From positions 993,043 to 1,057,042 of the forward strand of contig JALDTO010000266.1 in assembly GCA_023515725.1 (NCBI GenBank): DNA of 64,000 bases, in the 5' to 3' direction. A program made the position numbers and the translations under genes. The stretch comes from Amoeboaphelidium protococcarum X5 (lineage: Eukaryota > Fungi > Aphelidiomycota). A model generated the notes under the pieces. It did no database searches and had not been told where the DNA came from. It was given only the letters and a program-made list of their open reading frames with translations. How positions within the stretch are numbered: the stretch's first letter is position 1; each line of letters opens with the position of its first letter. Shown here in pieces: positions 1-11,393 of the stretch.

Positions 1-2
1 AG

Positions 3-1415
3 AAAATCAGTGAAATATACGACTTGAAATATCTTGAACTCAAGATAAAGCCTTTTGAACACAGTTTCAGGGACTACAATGAAGAAGAATAGAACTAAGA
101 GAAAGAGTATAACTTTTTCAAAATGGCAGACAAATTCATAGAACTTTATGGTGATAGATTTTGTATTAGTGGAGGTATCTTATTCTACAAGAACGATGAC
201 GACTTTTGGATTGAAGACTCAGAATAAGGTTATCTCAATTCTTTTTTGACAAAATCCAAATTTTACAAAGAAGTGAATGAAGATTCTTAGGTGTTTGAAC
301 ATTTAGTAAATTGTGATAAATTTTACCAACAACTTAGAAACAAGATGATTATAAAGTAAAAGGATAGAGCATTTTAACCAAATCAACAACTCTTAAAGGA
401 CAATGAAATTAACACCTTTCCAGGATTTACACATCCTACTAATTTACAAGTAAATTCAAGTGAGATTCAAGAATTCATTGACCTTGTAATGAACTAAGCT
501 CAAGGTGATTAAGAAAGATTTGAGTTTTTAATGAAATGGTACGCCAACGTATGTAAAGGTAATAAAAATGAGACTTGTATCATACTGTTTTCCGATACTC
601 AAGGGACCGGAAAATCTTGTGTGAGTCAGTATATTGGATAAAAGCTTCTACCTAAATTCTTTTACTAGACAAGTAATATGGAATCTGTGTTTTCAAGATT
701 TAATGATACGAGGGACTAGAAACTCTTGATACTTTTGGAGGAAATATCAGCTGGTCATAAAGGATTTAATTAGATTTTGAAAGATGCCATTACTAATTCA
801 CATATGAGTATTGAAAGTAAAGGTAAACAAATTTTTAGAACCAACAATTTGAACAACTTTGTCATTACTAGTAACGAGTACTTACCTGTGAGAATTGAAC
901 AAAGTGATAGACGTTTTAATGTGTTTAAGGTTGATGAACGACTTACAAAGGAATAACTTAGTGAAAGGATTGAAAAGATACAAGCTGAAGAATACTAATA
1001 AAAAGTGTTTAGTTATCTTTACAATTACGATACAACAGGTTTTAATCCAAGACAGTGTTTTAATACTACTGAAAAAGAGGAAGTTTAAATTGAAAGCACA
1101 AGTGTTTCCAAGTTTTTTCATAGTCTCAAGACTGAATTTGTAGAAATGTTGAATAGCTGTATGTATGGAGATTAAATTGACGAGAAGTAAAGATAAGATT
1201 TGATTAGTTCAATGGACAATTAAACCCAGACATTGAAAATGACCAAAACATAGTTATACAGTTTTTACGAGTCATACCTCAAGACTTACAATTTGAAATA
1301 CAAAGTTGAAGAACGTGGTTGGTTTTTTAGAAAGATGAGCAAAGTAAAAGGTATTAATACCAAAATAACACGAACAACTGATGGGGTGAGGCTTATAGAA
1401 GTATAATTTGAATGA
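3..1415 (+). CDS. 5'-truncated D5-like / NrS-1-type superfamily 3 helicase (primase-helicase or TVpol-helicase C-terminal part) of a viral/mobile element
   Basis: Single TGA-free frame from window start to TGA 1413-1415 with TAR=Gln. Walker A SDTQGTGKS (GTGKS 603-617), Walker B LLILLEE (723-743), motif C FVITSN, Arg finger SDRRF (903-917), plus INTFPGF and FLMKWYA segments typical of this helicase family. Confidence 0.85.
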
Positions 1416-1454
1416 AACCACTACAATCCACACCAACCTCAACACAATGACAAA

Positions 1455-1486
1455 CCCCGTAGTGAATTTACTGCGGGGCTTTTTTT
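1455..1486 (+). terminator. GC-rich hairpin followed by T7 tract, candidate 3'-end signal of the helicase gene
   Basis: CCCCGTAGT-GAATTT-ACTGCGGGG-C-TTTTTTT, 40 nt after the helicase TGA. Confidence 0.45.
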
Positions 1487-1497
1487 ATTACTGTGAA

Positions 1498-1782
1498 TGA
1501 AAGGTGTAGTAGTAGTATTTTTACTCCTTAAAAGTTTGGTTGGTTTGGTTGGAGGTTTTAATTTTGGTTGGAGGCTACTAAAATCATTTCCCCGGAAGTG
1601 AAACGTGTAGTAGGAACTTTTTACTCCTCTAAAACTTTAATATTTTAACCTCCAACCAAACCAACCAAACCAACCAAAATACTATATAGTATAAAATCAA
1701 AATGATTACTACTTCTTTTTTTTTTATAAACTTGTTTTTTTATATTTTTAAAGAATAAAAATTTTGGTTGGTGGTTGGAGGC
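1498..1782. repeat. Iteron-like direct and inverted repeat block (GGTTGGAGG / CCTCCAACC)
   Basis: Perfect 24-bp inverted repeat 1534-1557 / 1647-1670. GGTTGGAGG occurs at 1547, 1566 and 1773, with its reverse complement at 1649. Imperfect direct repeat TGAAA(G/C)GTGTAGTAG...TTTTTACTCCT at 1498 and 1599. Confidence 0.8.
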
Positions 1783-1882
1783 TGGTTTTGAGATTCTTAA
1801 CATTTTAAAACCCGCGATTATTTTTATTTTTAATTGAGCTTTTGAAAAATAAAATTGAGTAAATGTTATTTTTTTTGTAGAC

Positions 1883-1936
1883 TGACTCAGTCCGATAGTC
1901 AGTTTGTATATACAAACTGACTATCGGACTGAGTCA
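1883..1936. repeat. Perfect 54-bp palindrome (27-bp arms, no spacer)
   Basis: TGACTCAGTCCGATAGTCAGTTTGTAT|ATACAAACTGACTATCGGACTGAGTCA, arms checked base by base. Confidence 0.95.
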
Positions 1937-2585
1937 CCCTGTCGCCAATGATGTTTCTGCTCAGCTTGCTCTGGTGGATGAACAAATACTTCTCTCTGGA
2001 AGCTTCAATCTTGATATCCAACACCTGTTGCATATGAGCATTCAAAGCATCCAAGTGATATTACGCCGCAACAGCAGGCCCAGTTTCAGAGCACGGCGAG
2101 ACACGAGCAACGGCAAAGTATTCATTATGCTGGAGATGATGAGGCATCATCCCAAACATTAGCAAGTCCTTGTAGATAGTATACTCTTATTTCTATCCAC
2201 CTTGCCAATTTGCTTCTTTTAGGAAGAAATACTTCCTGCCATCAACCACAAGCCACAGCTGCTTATCCTCGGCATTTGGCTTCAACGAGCGCATGTAGCT
2301 CTCCAAATGCGTCTCTAGTAGAGACTGAGGACACTCACCGATATCTCCGCCTTGTTAACTTCTGGCAATAGACCTTTCCAATTTTTGTCGAAAGTACAAG
2401 GTGGAGTAGCCATAGTAGCATATAACATATTAGAATGAATTTAAGATTTAGCCATCATCTTCGGCATCTTTAGCCTAGAAATCCTGGTCGCCTTTATCCA
2501 AAATTTACACAGGATGCAAATTAGATCATTGATTATCGCTGGGTGGCATAATTCTATGGAATATGTCATTCAACAAGATCACCAT
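1899..2585 (-). pseudogene. Disrupted hypothetical gene running into the palindrome
   Basis: ATG 2585, one in-frame TGA at 2526-2528, then ~208 open codons (TAR=Gln) ending ...IIGDRVTQSDSQFVYTN* inside the palindrome. Confidence 0.5.
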
Positions 2586-2825
2586 GGCTATGAAGAAATT
2601 TAGCACTTCACTCTAAAATCATGTGCAAACAAACAATGAAAAAGGGAAAAAAACGTTTATGGAAACCTTGAAGAGAAAGGTCAAAGGCATTACAATTTGA
2701 AAAAAGTCTTTTTAAAAAACTTGTTCCTCAAGTATTAAATGCTATCAAAATAATGAAACGCAAAATATATTTTGTCAAGATTCAATATTATTAAAACTGA
2801 TATGGGAATAGATAATGCAGATTAA

Positions 2826-3578
2826 TCAGTCGCTAATGAGGAAACCCACAGCGTAAATAGCGATAATGATAGGATAGGCAATAAATCCCAGAATCAAGGG
2901 AATCCATCTGCTGTTAGAAAGAGTGGTAAGAAATGCCCAGATAATGATACAGGCCATAAAAATCCAACCTAGCGTGTTGGCAGATGGTGTAGGATCGAAT
3001 GAGAGTGCATTAAGGACAGTACCACCCAGCAGCAGCAACCAACCTCTCCAAAACACATCAGCGCCACGGCTCAGTCCCACACTCGCTTTAGAGTCATATG
3101 GAGTACCAATGTGACTGTTGATTCCCTAAGTGCCGTCATTATACGCGCCCTTACCTCCAAATCCTCCTTAAGCACCTGGTCCACCGGGACCGCCAGGACC
3201 CATGGGAAATCCAGCTTGAGGTTGCTATTACTATTGTGCCTACTACTGCATGGGTGGAGCATTTGCCATTGGTGGAGGCGCGGGCATCGGTGATTGACGC
3301 GTCTGAAACAATCCCATAATTCCTCCGCCTTTTGCGCCGCCCATTTAGCGCTGCATTCTCCACTGTTGATATGGAGACATGCCTTACATTCCCTCTGGCC
3401 CAGGCGTGTACATTTCCTTGTATGCTGGACTGAACATGTTGAATATGTACTTGAGCAGCACCCACAGAATCCAGAACAGCAGAAGAATGTATGTGGCAAC
3501 GAACATGCCCTCAACGTTTTCTGCAAAGCCTTTTATTCCTCCTGGATTTCTTCCGCTGGAGAGTTGTTTGATATCCAT
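2826..3578 (-). CDS. Hypothetical membrane protein (N-terminal TM helix, G/P/Q/M-rich linker, ~3 C-terminal TM helices)
   Basis: ORFs 3384-3578 and 2826-3080 are the same frame joined through TAR codons, giving 250 aa ending in TGA. Confidence 0.75.
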
Positions 3579-4054
3579 TGTAATTTTTTGTTTAATATTT
3601 CAAATAGATTACCCGTATGTGGTTGGCACTAGATTGAGTTTAAGGATTAAATAAAGAAAAGAACTATGAGCTGCCAACTTCAGATCACCTCCATGTCATG
3701 GACACGTATGCCAACTGACCAGCCTTCTACCTTTATTCATATGCAATAAATAGATTCGCCCTTCAATTTAAAGAACGCAGTTCAGAACGAAGGTGAACTT
3801 CATATATATATATAAGAACATCATCATTAAGTTTGAGCAGAATATTGTTGCAGAATTCCACGTTGTGATTATAATCAGCGCAACTAGTGATTGGTGGTTA
3901 ATCAACACAATTGCGCAAAGGTAATTAAGGCAATCTGGCCATCAAATTCCATTCCATTTGTTTTCATATTCGCGTTATATACCTACAAAAATTTGGTAAT
4001 AATCTGTCATATCAAGCGAAATTAATAAGTTTACTCAAATACATTCAGTGAACA

Positions 4055-6211
4055 ATGAAAACAAGTGCTTCATGTCCATATTTGCCTCGCTCCGCCATGA
4101 ACAAGGATGATGAAACAATGTCGAATGGTGTCTTTAATGCTTCTGCCAAACCGTCGTCTGAGTCGCGTAAGAATGCTGGAATCTGGTAAAATTTTCGCGT
4201 ATGGTTAGCCAAGTAAGCACCCAAGGCAAACTCTGTGAGTGGTCCGAAGCTACATAAAGCGTCAAAGCTATTCTCAAAATCCGCCATCATTGTCAAGAGT
4301 AGTAGCTATGAAGTGAGCGATGAAGAAGATGGTTATGACCGCTTGGATATGAGCAGTCTAGAGCGTGTTCCTAGCTGGCGTACACCTGTGGCCGTGTAGC
4401 CGTATAATAGATTAAATTAGAGAAGGAATAGCGTGTACAATTCCAGTTCAGAGTCTCTCTCATCTGTAAAGTCGACAGGGGCTCGTTCACAATGGGCGAA
4501 CAAGATTTTTGGTAATCAGAAGGAAGCAGTATCCTCCGATCAGTAATCAAGTACTTCTAACACGTAATTACACTCTAATGCTGGCAATAGTATTAAGGTT
4601 AAACATCATACCTCCTACTCGCTGAGTAAGTTGGACAATTCCCAATGTCGTGATGGCTAAATCAATCTTCGTCCGAAATCCAAGTCTGATGAAATTGCGA
4701 TTCATGCGTCAAGTTAGTATTCACGGCGGCCTCAGACTCCAGCTTTTCCGCAATCATAATCACTGCAATAACGAAAGATTTCCACTCACTCCGTTAAGGA
4801 AACCAAGACTATCGAGTCTATATAGTGTACTTATACGTCGTCGTCGCAATGCCTCTACTCAGCTGATGCTTCTTCAGATGCGTGTTCACCTGGTCTCTAA
4901 AAGGATAAGCCCATTTCGCGCACCAGTGTATCCAGTGTAAATTCTATTTTTGAAGATTACAAGTCCAAGTATGAGCTACCAGTCATTGAAGGGATGATTA
5001 ACTAGTATGTGCTGGTCAAGCAGATTGGAGAAGGCTCTTTCAGTAAAGTCTGGCTGGTATTTGATGTTGAGACGGAACTTTATTACGCGTGCAAGTGCAT
5101 CAGTAAGAAGAAGCTGCGCAAGATGGGAATGTGGAAAAGTGGTCCTGACCGCAAGAGAAAGTAGACTCAGGACATTACATTATCATCCGCAACTGACGCT
5201 CCTTCATCTCAAAGCAATTGTAAAGCAAAAGTTTCATAATCAACATCGATATCATCTTAATCTGCGATTGCATTCGACTACATGAATTTTGTAAAGCATG
5301 AAATTGCTGTGCTCAAGAAGCTGTCTAGACATCCGAATATTGCGACATTAGTAGAGACTTTGGATGATTAAAAGTATGACACGCTGTACATGGTGTTTGA
5401 TCTGTGCGAATATGGCTCTGTAATGAAGTTGACTGCAAAGCCCTCAGAGTGTGTAAATTAAGTGACAGAGTCTGCATTCTCTGAGTAATTAAGTCGCCGC
5501 TACTTTCGCGATATTGTGCTTGGACTGGAGTACTTGCACAGTAAGAATATTGTGCATCGCGATTTGAAGCCAGACAACATTTTACTGAAAGCTGACAATC
5601 ATGTGGTAATTGGTGATTTTGGAATATCATTCAGCATGAGTCAAGTTGGTAATATGTCTGCGGGGAACGGCCTCTTAACACCAGCTTTAACACCTCCAGA
5701 GTTGATTAATGATGCTAGCGTTAACTAAGTGGCACCGAAGCAAGGAGACGCCGATTTTGGAGTTGATATCTGGTCATTGGGAATAACACTCTTTGCCTTT
5801 CTGCATGGCTACGCTCCTTTCTAAGGATAGTCAGTATCTGAAATGTATAATGAAATTGCGACTCTAAACGTTTAAACTCTGTGGAATTCTCAACTAACTG
5901 CGTCATGTAAGGATTTAATGTCAAGACTGTTGTAGAAGGATCCTAAGCAGCGTATCACGCTAAGTCAAGTGAAAGTTCATCCATGGACCACTAATAATAA
6001 CAAAGATCCTCTGTGTAATCATGATCCAGATGAAGACTATCGTGATGGTAACAATCCTACTGGTATCTCATGTCAATAGTTTAGCGCGCATCAAGACAGT
6101 TTCGTATCTCAGCATGAAGTGTCCAACGCTGTAAAACCTGCAATGACTATGCTAGACAAACTACGCCTCTCAAAAACTAATACTGCTCCCATCGCTGCAA
6201 AAGATAATTGA
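4055..6211 (+). CDS. Ser/Thr protein kinase, CaMKK/Ssp1-Sak1-like
   Basis: [53 protein letters not shown]; continuous frame with TAR=Gln. Confidence 0.85.
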
Positions 6212-6310
6212 GATCTTGTCCATTAGACCCTTATCGATTAAGATGATTTCTTCGTTTTCTTTCGCTTTCACCTTTTAACACCACGCGCTTCATAATATTA
6301 TAGTGACGAA

Positions 6311-7180
6311 ATGAGGCGATATCAGCACTTGAGATCTATCTAACCTCCTCACTCGCTTTATAAGCATAGTAGATACTTTACGACATAATAGCCATCATCT
6401 AATGTGAGTTTATAAAAGGGTAAGTAAACACCGACTGAGAGCGTAGCAAGTGCTAAGGTGTGGAATAAGTATCACGGGCTCGGACTGACATCCCAGGTCA
6501 GAGAGGCTCAGGATAAAAGACGCAAGCGTAATGCAAATGCTTTAACAAATCGAATGGGAAATTTTATGGTAGATCTACTGGTCAGGCACGATGATAAGAC
6601 TCTTGTTTAAAAGAGGGCGCAGTAGCTGTATTGTATGATTGATCAGTCCACTCCCGATATTCTCAATCTATTCTATGGCGAAGATCGCTGCCAGATGCCC
6701 TCTAATTTTCAGTCTTGGTTTTCAATCACCCAGCTGCACTTGTGGATGTTATAATCTAGATTTATCAGTGATTAGGCGTAGTAAAAGATCGAGACTAGTG
6801 ATGGACGCGTAATTACACCTAAAATGAATAGATTGATCAACTCTGCCTTGATCGACAACCTCATGGCAGATATTGGTCTGAAATTACAGTTGGAAGGTGT
6901 CACTCAGTCAAAGATTTATGACCGCTATACATAGGAGCTAATGTCCAGTCACTATGGCTGTGTACTGGCCTATGATGAAGGTTTTGAGAAATCTGACGCG
7001 TTTCTAGCTGCAGCGTTATGGAGAAATATGTACCTACTGCGGGATGATGATACAGTTGGCATGAAGCATTTGGCTCTGATGACGGAGTACGTTAGAAAGT
7101 AGATGGCTCACATTCACTCGTTTAAAATTGAAGATTTCTACCATGCCGAAAATGTGAATGCCTTTCTGACTACTCCTTGA
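6311..7180 (+). CDS. CBP3: Ubiquinol-cytochrome c reductase assembly chaperone Cbp3/UQCC1
   Basis: FQSWFSITQLHLWML and AYDEG...DAFLAAALWRN motifs; 289 aa. Confidence 0.85.
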
Positions 7181-7231
7181 TTGGTTTGAATAAATAAATA
7201 AAGTCCTACCTTTACTATCTGATTATGTAAA

Positions 7232-9148
7232 TCAATTCTTCAAATCTTCATTCAGTCTCTGCACCAACTTGTCCATCTCAGCTTTCAACTGCTTTGGGAA
7301 TTTGGAGCCAAACTTTTTGTGATAATCCTTAATCTTCTCAGTCTCCTAAACATACGCCTTACTATCAACGTGTAACAATTTTTACATAACCTCTCTATCT
7401 GGCATTTTCTCTCCACTACCACCATTGCTGTCATAACTTTTCAAGTCTAAAGATTCCACAGTCGGCACGTACCCAATTGGAGTCTTGGTAGCATCAGCCG
7501 TGCCTTCAATGCGCCCAATAATCCACTTGAGAACACGCATATTCTCTGCAAAACCAGGCCACATAAAGTTACCCTTTTCATCCTATCTGAACCAATTCAC
7601 ATGGAACAACTTGGGCAGCTTCTTATTCTCAATCCCATCCACCTTGCTATCTTTCATATCAATCCAATGCTGGAAATAGTCTCCCATGTGATAGCCACAG
7701 AACGGTAACATTGCGAAAGGGTCAAATCTCAACTAATTCTTCTTGGAACCTTCATCAGAAGCAGAGGTCATCTCACTGGCCACCGATGAACCGGTCAAGA
7801 CACCGTGATTCCAGTCAAAAGTTTCATATGCCAGAGGCACCAGATTTCTACGTCTACCACCAAACAGAATGGCCGAAATTGGGACACCATCTGGAGCATC
7901 CCATTTCGGATCAATAGAAGGACATTGGGATAGAGGGGCAGTGAATCTAGAATTAGGATGAGCAGCTGGATTAGCCTTAGCTTTCGCTTTATCACTTGGC
8001 TGAATCCATTTCTCTCCCAGCCAGCTCGTCAATTATCCAGGCGCCTGTTTAGACATTCCTTCCCACCACACATCTCCGTCCGCAGTGAGGGCAACATTGG
8101 TGAATATAGCATTCTTCTCGATTGTCTTCATGGCATTATAATTGGTATGGTAAGAGGTACCAGGCGCAACCCCGAAAAAGCCAGCTTCTGGATTAATAGC
8201 ATACAGACGACCATCCTTCTTATTGAATCTCATCCACGCAATATCATCTCCGATACATTCAACCTTGTATCCGGGAAGATTAGAGGTAATCATTGCCAGA
8301 TTAGTCTTACCGCAAGCGGAAGGGAAAGCAGCGGCAATGTAATACTTTTTATTCTATGGAGTCGTGATGCCCAGAATTAGCATGTGCTCACCCAACCAAC
8401 CTTCTTCTCTGCCCAGCACTGAGGCAATACGGAGAGCCAGTGCCTTCTTTCCCAAAATAGAATTACCTCCGTACTGAGAACCAAATGACATGATCTCTTT
8501 AGTCTCGGGGAAGTGAGCAACAGCTCTCTTCTTGATATTACACGGCCAATTGACATCGGGCTGTCCCTCGCTCAGTGGATAGCCTACCGAGTGCAAACAG
8601 GGAACGTAACGAGCATTCTCATCCTTGTTCAGCTAGTCCAACACCGGCTGACCCATTCTAGTCATAACTTGCATAGAGGCAACCACGTATGGACTATCTG
8701 TCAATTAGACACCATGAATAGAGTACGGACTACCAAGCGGACCCATACTAAATGGTATCACATACATGTCTCTTCCCTTCATTGAGCCGTTGAACAGACT
8801 GAACAGATGCTACTTCATCTCCTAAGGATCCCGCCAATTGTTAGTCGGACCAGCATCAGACTTATTCTAAGAACAGATAAAAGTTGCACCTTCACTACGA
8901 GCAACATCCTGGGGGTGAGTACGGCAGAGGTACGAGTTGGGACGCTTCTACTGACTCAGAGGGATCAAAACTCCCTTGTCCACCAGTTGCTTCAAGTTCT
9001 CCGAGTTCTCACTCTGTGAACCATCACACACCTTAATACTCTTGGGCTGCATCATTTTAGCATTTTACAATATCCACTCCTTCAACTTTCTATTCTTGAC
9101 TGCATCCAAAGTCTAGAAGGACCGTGTAAAGTTGATAATGTTCACCAT
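7232..9148 (-). CDS. PCK: Phosphoenolpyruvate carboxykinase (GTP)
   Basis: [84 protein letters not shown]; 638 aa. Confidence 0.95.
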
Positions 9149-9646
9149 CTCTCTCAACTTACACTTATACTTATAGTGAATACTGTATAGGAATTAGAAA
9201 CTACTAAAGAAGTTTTTAACAATGAAGAATCCCTATCACTAACTTATCCTGGACAATAATGAAGTAACTGACAGGTAAATACTATATAATACAGTACCAC
9301 TAGTACAGACACTGTACTAAAGTTTATGAATTGATTGAAACGAAAAGAGAAATTGGCAACGAAACCGTAGAGAACACTTCTCTCTTAAGACGGGCGATTC
9401 TCACGCTCGTCGTTGACAGGTTGGAATTTTTTGGCGAGATGTTCCCACGCCACACTCTGTCTGTGACCGTTTAAGGTTAAAGGAGTTTCTTTCTATTATT
9501 AGAGTGTTATACTTGAAATCCCTCTTACATTATGTCTGTTATGAGAAATGTTGGCTCGTACATACCGCTTATTGTTATGTTAGAGTAATAAAGTTGAGCC
9601 TTTATTTTCATCAAGTGGATATTCATTGAGAAATTGAGACGCAAGG

Positions 9647-11065
9647 TCAAGTATAAAAACTACTAAATATGTTATATATTTATTCAAGAAACGCTATTTA
9701 ATAATTAATCATTTTCATTAAATTCTTCAAATTCACAGACTACATCTCATGAAAGACCGGTACTATGTCACCCAAGTCAACCAGAATCGACACATAAATT
9801 GCCTTTTTTTTACCAAGGATTATATGCTGACAACCAACCTTGAATTGCGGCAGTAGATTAAATTGCTTCAGCTGCAAGCCTCTCTATTCGGACAACGCCT
9901 AAATAGCGCGTTGGAAGCAATACATAATCACCAAGTATTTGTCAAAATTTTACTTGGTTATTGCACCCAGAGGATGCTCATGGTCAATATCCAGCAGAAA
10001 GCTCCAGCACATGGTCATAATCTCATCTACCACACCAAAGAAAAATGATATATCCGCGGCCTGATGACGGGCAGCCAAGAACGCCAACATAGCCTCCTAA
10101 TTATACTGCTGTGTGCCATTTAGACATTTCAGCAGGTATCTTTTCAGCCATGCCCGTCTGAAGCTGAAATCACGGCATTCCAATATCAGCTTTGCATCCA
10201 TAAAACATTCAATGGTCTTAGCAAAATTCATTTGGACATGAGTATGCAGACGCGTAAAATTACTCCGTTGCAATATATCGCATTGGCTTATGCAGCATTC
10301 GGTTCCGCAGAATATCCACGCCAGCAGGACCAAAGACATTATCTTTAAATTGTTGCAGCACCGTATTAATTCTATTGTAATTGATGACACCGGCCTGCAC
10401 TCTTTCAGGCACGCCAACCTGTATATTATCAAGACCCTGCCCATCTCCCAGCCAATCGAAGTCGGTGCCAGCTGCATTCCCACGGAAGGGGCGCATCAGA
10501 TTGTCTACCATATTTTCAGACAATTTGAGGAAACCAAGGTCGATAGCTTGTTCATTCTGCACGTTCTCCCATCTCTCCATCATTAACTGATAAACATTTT
10601 GACTATCACAGAAAGCAAGGATGTAGTAGTGAGCAAAGGCAGACGCAATGTGTCGATATACAGATTGGACAGCATAGCGCGCTCTTCGTCCTTTACCACT
10701 CAACCACATTGTGTCTATGGAAGGAGTAATAACAGTCAAATTGCCATGAGCATCTTGATATTCGACCGTTAGCACTTCAGTACGAGCCCAATAAACGTAT
10801 CTAGCAAGATTAATAGCAGCTTTAAAAGCATCATATCTGTCAGCCTGAACTATAAGCGCATCGAAATCTAGATTAGTCCAACCATCATTAGACGCAAAGC
10901 ATTTGTCAGCAGGGTGTCCGAGGAAGCCGCATACGGAACATCTTCATTGTTTTCATACAGATTTGATTGATCCGTAGTTGACTCCTTCTACTGTAAGAAC
11001 CTGGTGGTGCATACATCTGCAAGGGCGGTATTTAGACTTTTGCACTACGGTAGATAGATAGCCAT
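9647..11065 (-). pseudogene. Frameshifted hypothetical gene containing a CCHC zinc knuckle
   Basis: CSVCGFLGHPADKC (CX2CX4HX4C) at 10899-10940. Long open segments 10943-10209 and 10483-9647 lie in different frames, and there are TGA codons just upstream of the knuckle. Confidence 0.45.
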
Positions 11066-11393
11066 TAAAGTGAGAGATATTTCAATTTTCAAAGAATAGA
11101 GAACCGCATTCAGTTCATGAGACTTTTATGAAGGAAGAAAAAGAATTGCCGTAGAGATGGCCGTCACACTCTAAGAGTGTTTGTTGCGTCTCTAACGATC
11201 ACTCAAATAAGCGTCAACTCTCCGTCGTTAAGAACGTGATGCTTTTAAACTATTCCACCTGCTATTTAAAGAAAATTATAATGCATGGTAGCAGTACAAT
11301 AAAAGAATGAAACACGCATTATCTCTCACCTCAATTTGTATTAGAAATCGCAATTGACATCTCAAACTGAATACCAATCCAGCGATATGAATA

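Larger units (their letters stand above)
1..1936 (+). mobile_element. Right-hand end of a putative integrated Polinton-like virus / transpoviron-like DNA element
   Basis: SF3 helicase gene, markedly AT-richer than flanking host genes, followed by a repeat-rich non-coding block and a perfect palindrome at the junction with host-like sequence. The left boundary lies outside the window. Confidence 0.6.

Noticed and set aside
882-1143. Short ORFs 882-1121 (-) and 895-1143 (+)
   Set aside because: Off-frame or antisense to the helicase reading frame.
1535-1680. Telomeric repeat tract
   Set aside because: GGTT/GGTTT units are short, irregular, in both orientations and internal; they fit element iterons better than a chromosome end.
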